From NCBI RefSeq assembly GCF_006345805.1, contig NC_042999.1:87916001-87980000 (forward strand): a stretch of 64,000 nt of DNA, read 5' to 3'. The notes below the pieces were generated by a model. That model saw nothing but the letters and a program-made list of their open reading frames with translations, had not been told where the DNA came from and ran no database searches. The position numbers and the translations under genes are program-made. This document shows, piece by piece, positions 1 through 12,974 of the stretch (positions are counted from its first letter, which is position 1; each line of letters opens with the position of its first letter). Source of the stretch: Octopus sinensis. Its lineage: Eukaryota.

Positions 1-290
1 TATTACTTCTTTATATTCTTCCCGGTTCCATTTAGTTCTTTTACTCTTTTGATTTTCTGGTCGTTGTGGTGGTGAACTTTGGGGGCTTAATTTGGGACAA
101 ATCCCATTTAAGTGACCTTCCAGTTTGGTATTCGGGGAAGATATTCTTCCAGGAAGATATTCTTCCAGGAAGATATTCTGTCATTTGAAAATGTTGCCAT
201 CAGGCTGGCAGCCTCCTGACGGGCGCGCTTCCTTTATAACCATTGGGCAAGCGATTCGGTGTACTGTTAGAAATTTTCTTTTCAAGTAAA
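1..290 (-). mobile_element. 5' region of a degenerate non-LTR retrotransposon ORF (possibly R4/Dong-like), running off the window start
   Basis: Frameshifted minus-strand translation gives RLPNGYKGSAPVRRLPA...EEYLPRIPN...SPQSSPPQRPENQK...TKWNREEYKEVI, resembling N-termini of microsatellite-associated non-LTR elements (from recall). Contains a 16-bp unit repeated about 2.7 times at ~138-178. Confidence 0.4.
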
Positions 291-329
291 GTTAAATTAT
301 TATATAGGGGCCTCATTTATCATCATTAG

Positions 330-478
330 CAGCAGCTGCATCCCGAGTAGTTGTAGCAGCAGCAATATCATTGTCAGCAGTTGCAGCGGCAGTGGTAGTA
401 GGAATAGTAATGTATTATTATTATTATTATTATCATTATTATTATTATTACTATTACTACTACTACTACTACTACTAC

Positions 479-539
<61 letters not shown>

Positions 540-680
540 TCTTATTATTATTATTGATATCCTCCTCCTCCTCCTCATCATCATCATCATTATCATCATC
601 ATCAGCAGCAGCAGCAGCAGTAGCAGTAGTGGCAGTAGTGGCAGTAGTGGCAGTAGTGGCAGCAGTAGCAGCAGCAGCGT
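330..680. repeat. Compound trinucleotide microsatellite (CAG/TAG/TAT/TAC/CAT)
   Basis: Direct inspection; explains the spurious poly-N/S ORF 300..602. Confidence 0.95.
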
Positions 681-2320
681 AACCTCATTAATTATTGTTA
701 TTTTGAAGTTGTAATATGTGTTAAGCGATTTCTGCCATTGTTAATTCCGCCGTTTCTTTTGTATAATGCTGTAGACGTATCTATATTGCTGATTAAATTT
801 ATCATAAGCTTTTAGTATATAATATCAGACATTAACTCAGATGCTCTTGGTGTCCTCCAGGTGTAACGCAATTTTCTTTTACAAAAGGCTAAAGTAAATA
901 CAAATATCAATTAAATTGAGAATTTACAAATAATTAGATATTGCTTAAAACTTTAAAAAAAAAAGAAAGAAAATTAAAACATGAAATGCATTTTTCTTCA
1001 ATAATGTTTCGATGATTCATAGTAATTTGCAACTTCCTGACGCCTGTTGTAAAAGAAAATAAAAAAGTCCTTTGCTTTAGAAAGAACTATATAATTGCCT
1101 TGTTGATGAGAAAGTCAACTTCTCGCAGATATATTGTTTAATTAATTTTGCATTAAATTTCATGTAAACACTCCATGATCAGAACTGCGAAGTTATTCAA
1201 TAAATACAGATCTAATGAACAATTTTACTATTAGATGCTAACAATGAAGTTCAGCTTTGTCAAATCAATAATAGATTTTATCTTTTCTTATTCTTTTTTT
1301 TATTGGGAATATCATTAATTAATGTTTAGACGGCGCCATAATTTTTTAACAATGAATTGAGTGAGCCTATTCAGCTATCATAATGGACGGTATATTGTCT
1401 AGCGCAACACTGCGACACTTCTCAAACTCCAATCTGTGATATTTCTCGTTCGACTATGTAGTTAAATTATCTTAAATAAATTTACAATATCGCACCTGAA
1501 AGTTTATGTTTCATTGATGTATTTTAATCGCTATAATCCTTATATCTGACAATCACATGCTTCTTCCAGAATTTAACATAAAACTATTTTTAAGATTTAA
1601 CCGACTTATAACAAATTAATCCACCACAGTTTACTACTTATTAGTTAATTTTATTTTTGATTTGTTATTTCATTTTTCTTTCATCTAAGCGTTGAACCTT
1701 ACGGATGTTTTGTGTTTTCAAATTACATAATATGTTCATCTAATTAAGTTACTTTGTTGGTATTGCTATCTTTATAACAATGTTTGGGTAAAAACTGTGC
1801 AACAAGAAATTTGTGGTAAATATCTGAGGTAAATAATAAAGAAAAAAATATGTCTTAAGCAGATCTGCGAAATCTGAAACTTTTCGAAGCCACCAGGACT
1901 ATAAGATAAACGCGATTTATATATATATACATATCTTGCGAACCTGGTAAAAAACACAGTTCGTTTAGAGAACAAAAGCATGAATTAGTTGTACATATTG
2001 GATTAATCATCAGATATTAGTGGATACTTTGTAATTTAGAATTTGATAATGAGAGACAACGCAGCAGATATTTAGAAAGGATATATTTATTTTAAAATAC
2101 CGAAGTTGATAAAACTTTTAAAATAACTAAGCCACTACGCAAATATTCATTTTCTAAGGTTGCTGTGGTTTAGCTGTTCGAACATAGCAATGATCAATCT
2201 GTCTATTCTTAGACTTCATTTCAGGCGACATTATGCAAGATGTCTTTCCCCTTTTTTTAAAGACGGTTAAGAAGGAGATCTGGCTGCTGTTTCTTGCAGA
2301 TCAAGAGAATACGTAAATAC

Positions 2321-2466
2321 CTTCTTATTTGTGATTTTGCAAAATCTTTGTTGCGAAACTCTAAGTCAGCTTTGATCGGTTTATGCATACATGATAAGAC
2401 CATCCCATGTTTATCCAAGAATTTCGTGTTACTGGCTGCAATATTTAACTTTCCCATTTTAAGAAG
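2321..2466 (-). CDS. Candidate internal exon of an unidentified gene (LLKMGKLNIAASNTKFLDKHGMVLSCMHKPIKADLEFRNKDFAKSQIR-R)
   Basis: Open frame of 146 nt between acceptor tcaaatcacattttag and donor AG|gtattt; non-repetitive sequence; phase 0 start, phase 2 end. No homolog recognised. Confidence 0.4.
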
Positions 2467-2849
2467 CTAAAATGTGATTTGAAAGAGATTTGTCTACTAA
2501 TCCTTGAAGTTCGTGACACCACGGAGATATCACATCGTCAATTCACCTTTGCCTTCTATTTTGCAAATCAATCTTGCAACATGAAATAGTTATCGTTTCT
2601 TTGTTTCAGTCAATGGACTGCGTTCATGCTGGGGCACCGCTTTGAAGGCCTTTTAGTCGGACGAATCAGTCCCAGGCCTAATTGTTTTCAAAGTTTGGTA
2701 TTTAAACACTCGGTCTCGTTTTTTGCCGAATCGCCAAATTACGTGGACGATAACAAAAATAAACGTCAGCTGTGAAGCAGTTTTAGGGGACTACTCAAAG
2801 ACACATACATGCATGCATACACACACACACACACATCTATCTATCTATT

Positions 2850-3745
2850 TCTATTGGGGATTAGTGGAGGGGCGGTACGACGACGATCTCGGGGCAAACC
2901 TGGGCGTCGACGAGGAATGCCCAAATCGCCTGTTCAAGACGACTTTCGATCCGAGACCTATGGACAACTTCCAGAGATCCCTGGCTTGGCAGTGCTATCA
3001 AGAAGCGCTACCCGTTCAGGATAAGCTCTACAGGCATGGCTCGAGAAACACAAGGCCGACCTGTCTGAGATGCGGTCAGAGCGACGGACGAAACCGTTCT
3101 GCACGCACTAGTACAGTGTCCAATCATTTCCGACCTGTGGGCCTATGTCGAACGACTGCTATGGGACGAGTCGGTTTATCGACCGAGTCTATCGTGAATA
3201 TTGCCGCGCCTCCTTCTTTGAAACGGGAAGGAAGAGCCATTTTCATCGCACTTGTGGCTATGGCAAAAGAATGTGTATGGTGGATGCATCTGAAAGTCTA
3301 GAGACAAACACTTTCCTCTCTGGTCAATCTCTCAGCAGCTTCTTCAAGTATCACTTGAAGAGGAAGGTGAGAGTAGAGAGGGACGTTTTGTCTAGTGTGA
3401 ATGATGGAGCCAGCTTGAGCATAATCCTATGAACCAAAAGAAAAAAAACCGAAAGGAAAAAAAGAGACCCACTTCTTATTTTCTTTTTGCATGACGCTAT
3501 TGCCCAAGTTTCCCGTGGCCTTTTCCGTAGGCTTTTCTATCCACGAACAAACCTAATCAGTTTTCCTTTTTTACATTGATATTTCTTTGATACACGATCC
3601 CAATTGATCGGCCCCACGTTTTTTTTCACTATCCCTTTTGATCAGAATTCGCCCCCTTTTTCCTCCCCTTCTCTTTTCCCAAAAAGAAAAGCTCTACTCT
3701 GTATTTTGTCCCTTCTGTGTTTAGCCCTGCGTGGCCAATAACGAA

Positions 3746-3746
<1 letters not shown>
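2850..3746 (+). mobile_element. 3' end of an L1/Tx1-like LINE ORF2 with 3' UTR (5'-truncated, frameshifted)
   Basis: ORF 2723..3301 has RSLAWQCYQEALPVQDKLYRHG...TCLRCGQSD(E)TVLHAL, the C-terminal CCHC-type region of L1-clade ORF2; pyrimidine-rich 3' UTR ends at a (TATC)n array. Confidence 0.8.

Positions 3747-3816
<70 letters not shown>
3747..3816. repeat. (TATC)n microsatellite
   Basis: Direct inspection. Confidence 0.95.
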
Positions 3817-3818
<2 letters not shown>

Positions 3819-3959
3819 CTTTTGCTTGTTTCAGTCCTGGAGCACCACCTTGAAGAATTTTTGGTCGAATGAACTGACACCAGTACTTATTCTATTTTAA
3901 GGCTTGGTACTTATTATTACTCGATGTTTTAGGCACTAATCAATCCCTGTCTTTACACT

Positions 3960-4860
3960 GTATGGATGGTGGAAACTGAAGTTGAGGTATCGTCTAGTGA
4001 AGGTCGGCTTGCGGTATACGGATGTCCTGAATCCATACTTGGTGCGTGTTATTAATACTTCAGCTAGCATTCCTAGACGTATTAATACGCACCAAGTATG
4101 GATTCAGGATATCCGTATATCGCATGCGGACCTTCATTGGACGGTACCTCAACTTCATTTCCCACCATCCATACAGTGTAAAGAGAGGGATTGCTCAGTG
4201 CCTTAAAGGTCGAGCAAAGAATATAAGTAGCGATCGTGATACATATTACGAAGAAATGATCAAGTTCAGTAACAATCTATTAAGCAACACCTACCCCCAA
4301 AACATACTATCCACCCCAATTATGAAGAAAACAGAGGATGAAACCAATAAACAGTCCACAGTCTGTCTAACCTATGTGAAAGGCCTCCGAAAAGATACAA
4401 AACATATGCGGCCCATATGACATCAGGACCGTATTCAAGAGTAATACAACACTTCGCAAATATCTCCTTCGAGTAAAATCACCAATAGAAGAGAATATGA
4501 CCAAAAACTGCGTGTACTCCATCCCATGCAGCTCTGGTAGGTTATACAAAGGAGAAACATTCCGCTTCCTCAAAATAAGAGCAGAGGAACATCGCAAAGC
4601 TGTGACACGAGGAGATACTGATAAATCGGGTATAGCTGATTATGCATGGAAAAATGGAGACCACATCCCCTTGTGGGGGTGAAGTTAAAATAATAGGCAG
4701 AGAACACCGCTGGAATGTACGGAAACTAAAAGAAGCAGCGCATATGCTAGTACACAATAACCTCCTAGCAGACCGAGTGCAGGTATGAATATGGGAACCG
4801 GTATTAAGGAAGGATAGGAAAATATTAGATTTATAATAGATTTATAACACCTAAAATCCA
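3960..4860 (+). mobile_element. Penelope-like element: RT C-terminal part plus GIY-YIG endonuclease, degenerate
   Basis: LAFLDVLI...SVYRMRTFIGRYLNFISHHPYSVKRGIAQCL (PLE RT thumb), then KNCVYSIPCSSGRLYKGET...IRAEEH...KSGIADYAW...KIIGREHRWNVRKLKEA (GIY-YIG nuclease), with frameshifts. Confidence 0.88.
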
Positions 4861-4861
4861 C

Positions 4862-4930
4862 GGGCATATGGCGTAGTGGTTAAGAGCGCGGGCTACTAAC
4901 CCCAAGATTCCAAGTTCGATTCCAGGCAGT
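4862..4930 (+). ncRNA. tRNA-derived head (Pol III A/B boxes) directly after the Penelope ORF; not a functional tRNA
   Basis: A-box TGGCGTAGTGG, anticodon-like arm GCGGG-CTACTAA-CCC, B-box GTTCGATTCC; acceptor stem does not pair. Second copy at 52203-52271. Confidence 0.75.
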
Positions 4931-5150
4931 GGAGCGGGATGGGCTACTCAACCTGAAGACAATTCTAACTGGGCCCCACCTGCAAGGTCATGTGCTGTTT
5001 ATCTTGATATGAAATCACCATGTCGCGCACATATGGTTGTGATGCATGTGTCTGGTGTAACTTTATCAGACGGGTAGTCATGATGGGTATATTGGGCTTC
5101 GTATATTTTACCCCAGTGTCACTTTGATGGCATGAACTGCTCTCTCACTC

Positions 5151-5188
<38 letters not shown>

Positions 5189-5210
5189 CAACAACAACAA
5201 CAGCAACAAC
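4931..5210 (+). mobile_element. 5'-truncated copy of an (AAT)n-tailed interspersed element
   Basis: Closely matches the 3' part of 32777-33283 (ccacctgcaaggtcatgtgctgtttatcttgat...ctctctcactc-aataataat). Confidence 0.8.
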
Positions 5211-5240
5211 ATCGAATGGGAACCCAGATTCGAAATTTCC

Positions 5241-5281
5241 CTGATGAAGGCTGGCGGGTATATCAGCCGAAACGTTGTGTT
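5241..5281 (+). ncRNA. Hammerhead ribozyme core, degenerate copy (5' strand of stem I deleted)
   Basis: CTGATGA-A-GGCTG...CAGCC-GAAA-CG-TT-GTGTT, the same unit as 52365-52410 but lacking the upstream AACAC. Confidence 0.6.
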
Positions 5282-5343
5282 AGCAACAAAGAAGATGAGG
5301 ACCAATATCTGTCAAATGTAAATAATATATATATGTATATATA

Positions 5344-5401
<58 letters not shown>

Positions 5402-5550
5402 GTAATCTCACGACAGAAACAAACAAACGAAGATAGATAGAAAGATAGATAGATGTATGTATCTATGCATGTATGTGTTTTTTCTGTGTTTGTCCACTCA
5501 CACTGACTTAGCGATTCGGCAAAAAACAAGACCGATATTTTAAATACCAA

Positions 5551-6794
5551 CAGGAGTTGGACAAAATAATCGAAATACCTCGCATCATAGCATCATAATT
5601 TTGAAATATCTTTCAAACCTTCAAAAGTTTGTTTATATTCATGTTTTTTTATTTATTATTCGTGTTGCTTAATATGTTTTGCTAAAATTGCTGTTTCTTT
5701 TCAGATATCATCAGAAAAGGGTAATTAAAATTCATTAAAATGATAGTTCTATCAGACTTTCAAAGAGATCAAATTGTTGATGTTCGTATAGCAGGGGCTA
5801 GCGTAACGAAAACAGCTGAAATGTTTGGTGTATCAAGAAGTACTGTCACGAAAGTAATGACGGCCTTTGGGAAATTGGGAAAAACTTTCTCCTTGAAAAA
5901 AAAGAATCCGGCAAAAAACAAAAAATCTTTTAGATATGGATCGTCGGACTCCTACGCGAATAGTTAGAATGGATCACAAAATTACAGCTCTCAAATTACT
6001 CCAGAGTTTAACGTCCATGTCGAGAACCCAGTTTCCACAAAAACTGTTGGGAGCTGCACAAAGCTGGATTTTGCAGGAGGGCTGCAATTAGAAAACCACT
6101 ACTTTCAAATACAAACATTGCAAAGCGTTTAGAGTGGAGTAAAAACCTATAGAATTGGTCCCTAGAGCAGTGGAAAAATGTTATTTTCTTGGACGAATCA
6201 TCCTTTACCTTATTTACGACGACCAGCTAAGTATACGTGTGGAGACAGAAAAAAGAAGCATTTGACCCAGACTGTCTTCTTCTGTTAAGGAGGAGGATCT
6301 GTAATGATCTGGGGGCGATTCAATGGTTTCCCTCCATGGCAGAATTTTATAGTCAAGACTATTTAAGCGTTTTATCTGATCAAATTCATCCCATGGTTGC
6401 GGAACTGTTTCGGAGGGAAACGCAATCTTTCAGGATGATAATGTACCAATTCAAACAGCTAAATTTGTTACTGAATGGCACGCGGAACATTCTAGTGAAG
6501 TTGAACATCTTATCTGGCCACCACAGTCCCCAGATCTCAATATTATTGAACATTTATGGTGCATTTTTGAAAATCAAGTAAGGTGTCGATATCCTCCACA
6601 AACATCACTACAAGAAGTGCAGACTGTTTTAACTGAAGAATGGACAAAATTTCCATTGAAAACAATTCAAACTTTGTACGAGTCTATACCTCGTAGAATT
6701 CAAGCTGCAATTACTGCTAAATGTGGTCCTACCTCATACTAAAATAAATTTGTTTGAAATTTTAAGGTGTTTCTATTATTTTCTCCAACCTCTG
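5551..6794 (+). mobile_element. Tc1-family DNA transposon, full length, degenerate transposase (DD36E spacing)
   Basis: About 30-bp imperfect TIRs (caggagttggacaaaataatcgaaatacct / cagaggttggagaaaataatagaaacacct), TA at the right end; motifs FLDESSF, IFQDDNVPI and WPPQSPDLNIIEHLW; multiple stops and frameshifts. Confidence 0.9.
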
Positions 6795-7266
6795 TAATAT
6801 TCAAAGAAGTCGTGATTTTTTTTCTTATTTAGTTTTCATTCACACTTCCACTTTTTGCACCAATCTTCTACTCATTTTTTCTCGTGGTTTCTCATGTACC
6901 AGCGTCCTGATTCTCAAATAGCAAAGACCATGTGTTCAGAATTTGTAGGTTGCTTGGCGACACAAGGCGCGTTATTAGAATCTGCCTAACCACGTGTCTT
7001 CATAGCAAGAAACTATCGGTAGCTCTTACATACAGACACAAAATCGTACACACACTATTGTATATACATAACCATGCATATGTTTTGGCGAGTAGTTTGT
7101 GCAACGTGTAGTATATATACACATGCGCTCGCGCATAAAAATTTACACGTAAACATAGGAATAATGAGAGGTGCAAATATACCACCCTTGGAGTCGTTGC
7201 AAACATTTATACACGCACACACAAACACAGACACTCACATGTACAAATACAAAATACACACGCATG

Positions 7267-7303
<37 letters not shown>

Positions 7304-7600
7304 TAATGTTAGTTATAACATTAACCCTTACACGAGAATTACAGTCATTAATAGAAAGTAAATATAACTGAAACCCAATAAAAAAGCTGATAAGCAAGAA
7401 GACAATTAGGTAAACATTAACATGTTTTAATCCAACAAGCAATCTAATTAAAATATTTAAAATAACATTCCCTTACATTTGCTAGCGGCTTAGTTATTAT
7501 TGTTATTTCAGGAGCTTAATATCCAAAGACTAATTAATCATAAATTTGTTATTCACACACACACACACACACATTCACGCACGTACACACATAAATGCAT

Positions 7601-7657
<57 letters not shown>

Positions 7658-8577
7658 ATGGTTTTCCTTCTAAAGTATAGTGTGACCACCAGAGTATTCA
7701 GGATGCTCTGTCCTCGCATGAGATTTTCTATGGCGTTTTAGACAGACGTCCGCATTAATTGCACACTAGTTCTGTTGCAATTTGAACTGCCTGGTGTGTG
7801 TGATCATATGTATGTATATATACATATGTGTGTGTGTGTGTGTGCGTGCGTGTGTATATATGTTTGTGTGTGTGTATATATGTATGCATGTATGTACGTA
7901 TGTAGGTATGTACGAAAGAAGTTGAAAATGCAGTGGTATTCGTCTAGATGTTTTAGTTTTAAACTTAAAGGATATAACCAGTTTTACAGATTACTCTGAT
8001 TTTCAAAAGTTGATACAGAAAATAGTGGAGCTATGTTGCAACTGTTTTGCTTCTGATTAGAATGTAAAATTTATCTTGTTTGCATAGAGAGTGAATACGT
8101 AACTAAACATGTTCACTTAAGCGTGTTAGCCTTAGTTTTTGGCACAAAAAATAGTCATATCTTATTTACGTACGAACATAGCAGGGATCCTACAAACATT
8201 TCTAAGGCTATTTTACAGATAAAATTCAAACAGCTTTGATTGTTTTGTATATCTTCACTCAATCATGAAAGTTTTAACTTACGGCGTCAAACATAGTCGC
8301 ATGACATTAAAGAAGGACGTAGCGGGGAACTTACAAAAATTTCTAAACTTGTTCACGTGATCATCCTCAACCACTCAAAATGTATACAAAACAGATACTA
8401 AATTGAGCCATATTCTTTCTATAAAAACAAGACAATTTCTGAATTCCTGTCAGAATCAAGACAATGAAACCAGGCTAAGTTTTCAAACGTCAAAAGTTTA
8501 AGCGAATCCCAGTGTACTTTCAGTTTCTTTTTGCTTTTATTCTAACCGTGTGGAATAGAATAACTTTGTTCTCTGTA

Positions 8578-8592
<15 letters not shown>

Positions 8593-8676
<84 letters not shown>

Positions 8677-8682
8677 AGAGAA

Positions 8683-8713
<31 letters not shown>

Positions 8714-8730
8714 AAGAGAGAAAGAGAGAG
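8593..8730. repeat. (GA)n microsatellite preceded by (GT)n
   Basis: Direct inspection. Confidence 0.95.
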
Positions 8731-9129
8731 AGTTGGCATGTGAAAGCACGTCGTTGGCTGTATAAAAGACAAAATAGAGTGAAAAAACTACTGAAGGCTT
8801 GCGTTATATGGTTAAAGAATATATTTAAATCGTTATGTTAGGAAAATGTTATAAAATTTTGCGTATGGTAACATTGTTTTAGGAGAAATAACCGGTTTCG
8901 TATTTTCTTTTAAAATTTCTTTACCTATATTGTGTCATCACTTCGCTATGTTGTGAAATATGGAGTCCCAGACAGGGGAAGGTAATCAGGGATTTTTTCG
9001 GTATAAGGGAGATAATAAAAAATGTTGGGAACGACTAGGTTTTATTAATTTAACATGATTTGGTTTAGAAAGAACAGAATGTTACAAGTAGTTAGGTTTT
9101 ACTTTACATTTTTTCAATGAGGTAAGTTT

Positions 9130-9560
9130 CCTTATTTAAAAATGTTAGAAATGGTTAAGTTTTGGCTTATATTTTTATAAGTTTTTATATCGTTGATGTT
9201 AGTATTAGCATTATTGCTAATATTATTAATAGTTGTAGTAGAGGTATGAGTGGCTGTAGTGGTTATAGTAGAGTTAGTATTGTTTGTATCAGTATTCCCA
9301 TTAGTACTACCGTTGGTTTCAACTGTGCGCCCAGCTCCCTTATCTAGGTCTAAGTTGCTTAAATTGTTAGGGCTAGGGCTGTTGGTTATGTTATTGTGAA
9401 ACGTGCTAGCGAGGGTTGTATGCATTTAGATAGTAAGAGCTAAGTTTACGTTTGTTAGATGAGGTGATAATAGATTCTATATTTGGTGTAGGAATAGGAT
9501 AATTTTAAATTCAGAGACGTGTTCTTTGAGTTTCGTGTTGGTTATAAACATAGTTATATA
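9130..9560 (-). mobile_element. Penelope-like element fragment (RT-endonuclease linker with Asn/Thr-rich stretch)
   Basis: Frameshifted minus-strand reading YS-YTPNIESIITSSNKRKLSSYY resembles the PLE linker motif ISYSCxPNxxSIIxxHNKK; followed by ORF 9132..9425. Confidence 0.5.
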
Positions 9561-9582
9561 TATGTATGCATATGTACATACA

Positions 9583-9639
<57 letters not shown>

Positions 9640-9994
9640 TATATATATATTCTAGATGCTACTCAGAGTTTGTTTCATATCAACTTTTAATAAATGTCCA
9701 ATATTCGTTATAGCTGTGCATTGAGTTAAGTTTTAATATGTCGCTAGTTCACTTGAGCTCGCACACACACAAGCACACTGATATTTCATTGGTTATCACA
9801 GTCCAAAAATTAAGAAGACCTATCTGACATTAAACAATTCAGTTGAATAGAATAATTATTTACTTATTTAATTATTTATTTATTCATTTAAGTCATGAAT
9901 GTCGCAGAAATAACGCATATTGCAAGTGAAAGATTTTCCTCCCAAAAGCTACACACAGCTACAACCTTATATATATTTTCGTATAAATGCATAC

Positions 9995-10051
<57 letters not shown>

Positions 10052-11627
10052 CGTATATGTGTCTAACACAAAAATTTACACAAGAACAAAAAATTAGTTT
10101 GATACATGCGTATTCACTTCTCGCGGAGATTTAATGGAAATGGATTAACATTAAAAGTTCTCTGTTTCATTGAAAAGTCTAAATATTAAATATTGTAATG
10201 CATGCAATTTTATATTGTATTGATTTATGAATATTAAGCAAATGATAGTGTTCAATATCGTTAGATAGAGCTAAATATAATTCTAATATTTATCGTTAAA
10301 TATCTAAATAGTCACAAACCACACATACCGATATTAAAATATTAAAATAAATATCAGGATATATGTAATTGTTGTTGCTCACATTGTTTAAGAGCAAGAT
10401 ATCTCTGATCCAGTAAATATCTGCAAAAACGTATTTCAGTCTTTGTAAAGGTCTCTGTTATGTCCTTCTTAGTGGCTCGGGTGTTGCTATCACGTTTGCG
10501 AGATCGTGGTTTTCGATTCCTAGACCGGCTGCGTATTGTGTCTTTGAGGAATGCATCTAATTTCACGTGGGTTCAGTTCACTCATCTTGTGACTGATTGG
10601 CGTACAATCCGAACGGAGCTCTTACGAGCCTCGTTTTCCATATACAGCGATCGATTGACTGAATAGTACAACCCGTACCTTGAAGCCAGAGGAGTTGCGT
10701 ATTTGTGGCTCAACTCTGTTCCTTTATTAATTGTCAAACGACTGTGTTAGCATTGTCGGTGATATAATTATTTGATCGTCAAATTTATTGAATGTATGTA
10801 AGGTGCACAATTTTTGCTTTTGCATAGAGATTTGTACTCAATACTATAATTCAATGAATTACATTTACATTAGTCTCTGTTAGTAAGCAGGTATTATACT
10901 ATTTTATGTTACGTCCGTATACACAGGTGGATGTTAACCGTTATCCTTTTTGTGCTGTGACCGTAGCCATATATTAATATCACAAGCATTCTTGCTCCTA
11001 GTGCTTCTGTGATGCTGCTGAAAGAAGCTGATCGCACTATAAAACCATTAATACACGCATACATATACATGTTCAAATATATGTGAACGGGTTACAGTAT
11101 TGCACTGGAAATTCATGTTTGAACAAAGGACTGTGAAGTCTTAAGTATCGATCCAATCTTACCTTCTAATAAGGAAAACTTTCATGAACCATGCCAGAAC
11201 AATTCAACATTTGAATAACAAAGTCTTGCACAAATTGTTTGGCATAGTTGGATTGTGTATAATATATGAATTATAAAACCAAGTTCATTTTACAAGAAAC
11301 CAAGATCAGCCATTCTCTAATCTCAAGTGTTCAAGTGTTCAAGTGGTTGGGCAACGGCTTCTCGGTCATAGGTTTGTGTCGTTCAGTTCCTTGGACTAAG
11401 GCACGTACTTCACATTGCTCCAGTCAACATACCTGGCAAAAATGATGTTTAAGATTGACTTAGCTCCCAGTCAGCGCAATGCCAAATCCTAACTTTAATA
11501 TTTGCCAATACTTTGATCTAGGTCGGTTGGAATATATATTCTGATGATCCAGTAATGTTGGGGATATGGCTAAATTTGTATTTTAGTAGTGGATTCACAG
11601 GCTACTCCATGTCATCTTTCTCAGTAT

Positions 11628-12030
11628 ACTCTTTTACTCTTTTACTTGTTTCAGTCATTTGACTGCGGCCATGCTGGAGCACCGCCTTTAATCGAGCAAC
11701 TCGACCCCGGGACTTATTCTTTTGTAAGCCCAGTACTTATTCTATCAGTCTCTTTTGCCGAACCGCTAAGTAACGGGGACATAAACACACCAGCATCAGT
11801 TGTCAAGCAATGCTAGGGGGACAAACACAGACACACAAACACACACATGCATATATATACATATATACGACGGGCTTCTTTCAGTTTCCGTCTACCAAAT
11901 CCACTCACAAGGCTTTCGTCGGCCCGAGGCTATAGTAGAAGACACTTGCGCAAGGTGCCACGCAGTGGGACTGAACCCGGAACCAAATGGTTGGTAAGCA
12001 AGCTACTTACCACACAGCCACTCCTGCGCC
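11628..12030 (-). mobile_element. tRNA-headed SINE, complete composite copy
   Basis: Minus strand starts aggcgcaggagtggctgtgtggtaag...ggttccgggttcagtccc (A/B boxes) and ends in (gtaaaaga) repeats; homologous to 35145-35540 and 46020-46404. Confidence 0.85.
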
Positions 12031-12094
12031 TATATGAACATGGTTTCTCAAAATCTTTGGTTTAGCGCCTACAAATATGTATCTATGTATGTCT

Positions 12095-12135
<41 letters not shown>

Positions 12136-12439
12136 TGCATGCACACACACACACACACACGCACACACAATAGGATGGATAAAATGAACTTGCCGTGTGA
12201 TGTAGAAGACGTTTCGGAAAATTTTTCGTGATGGAGAATGAGAAGATGTAAAATTCAGCTGCCTCTCTTTAATTTCACTCAGGTAAACTTTTTTTTAAAA
12301 AGAAAATACTCTAGTCGAAACGCTGGAGTTTCCACTCTTCATAGCAATTTCACTGCATTCGTTTTGCCGATTTTCTTAATAATTATTCCCGACGCAAACT
12401 GAGAAGAGCATTTTAGGTGTCTGTTTGATCATGTGAGTG

Positions 12440-12478
<39 letters not shown>

Positions 12479-12556
12479 ATACAGTCCTAATCTCTCCTCC
12501 TTTCCTCCATTCCTTCCATTTTTCTCTTTCTCCTCTTTTATGTATATAATGAGAGA

Positions 12557-12600
<44 letters not shown>

Positions 12601-12938
12601 TTTTCGGAAACAATGACTGAATCAAGGGTGACATCTTCAATTGTAATTAAATTTCAATGTGATGACTACATCGATACAATATAATTGAAGAGAAGCCTCT
12701 TTCTGTCTCTCTTCCTCTCCTCTTTGCTTTCCTTCGTCTTTCTTTCTTGTCCTTCTTCCTATCTTTCTCTCTTTTTTCCTCCCCCCCCCCAACAAAATGT
12801 CTCTCCTTCTACACAAAACAAAACAACATTCACTTTTCGAAAGGCGGAAAAAAATGCTCTGTACATTGTCTTGAGTTCAATTGAATGAACGAAAGCACTA
12901 ATAAAGAATTATCCGAAAATCTGACTGCCCCATTCTTC

Positions 12939-12967
<29 letters not shown>

Positions 12968-12974
<7 letters not shown>

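Noticed and set aside
300-602. Low-complexity ORFs (poly-N/S here; YIYI, THTH, ERER, YLSI elsewhere in the track)
   Set aside because: Translations of microsatellites; no coding evidence.
4862-4930. Genuine tRNA gene (also 52203-52271 and the SINE heads)
   Set aside because: No paired acceptor stem; embedded in repeat units, so tRNA-derived only.
9655-9740. Minus-strand GAAAC-AAAC-TCTGAG-TA resembling the 49756 motif next to a Penelope fragment
   Set aside because: No recognisable CYGANGA and stem III is disrupted by a duplication.
11589-12065. ORFs such as MDSQATPC... and MSSNARGT... (also 35415-35687, 46012-46482)
   Set aside because: They lie within SINE copies and recur wherever the SINE does.
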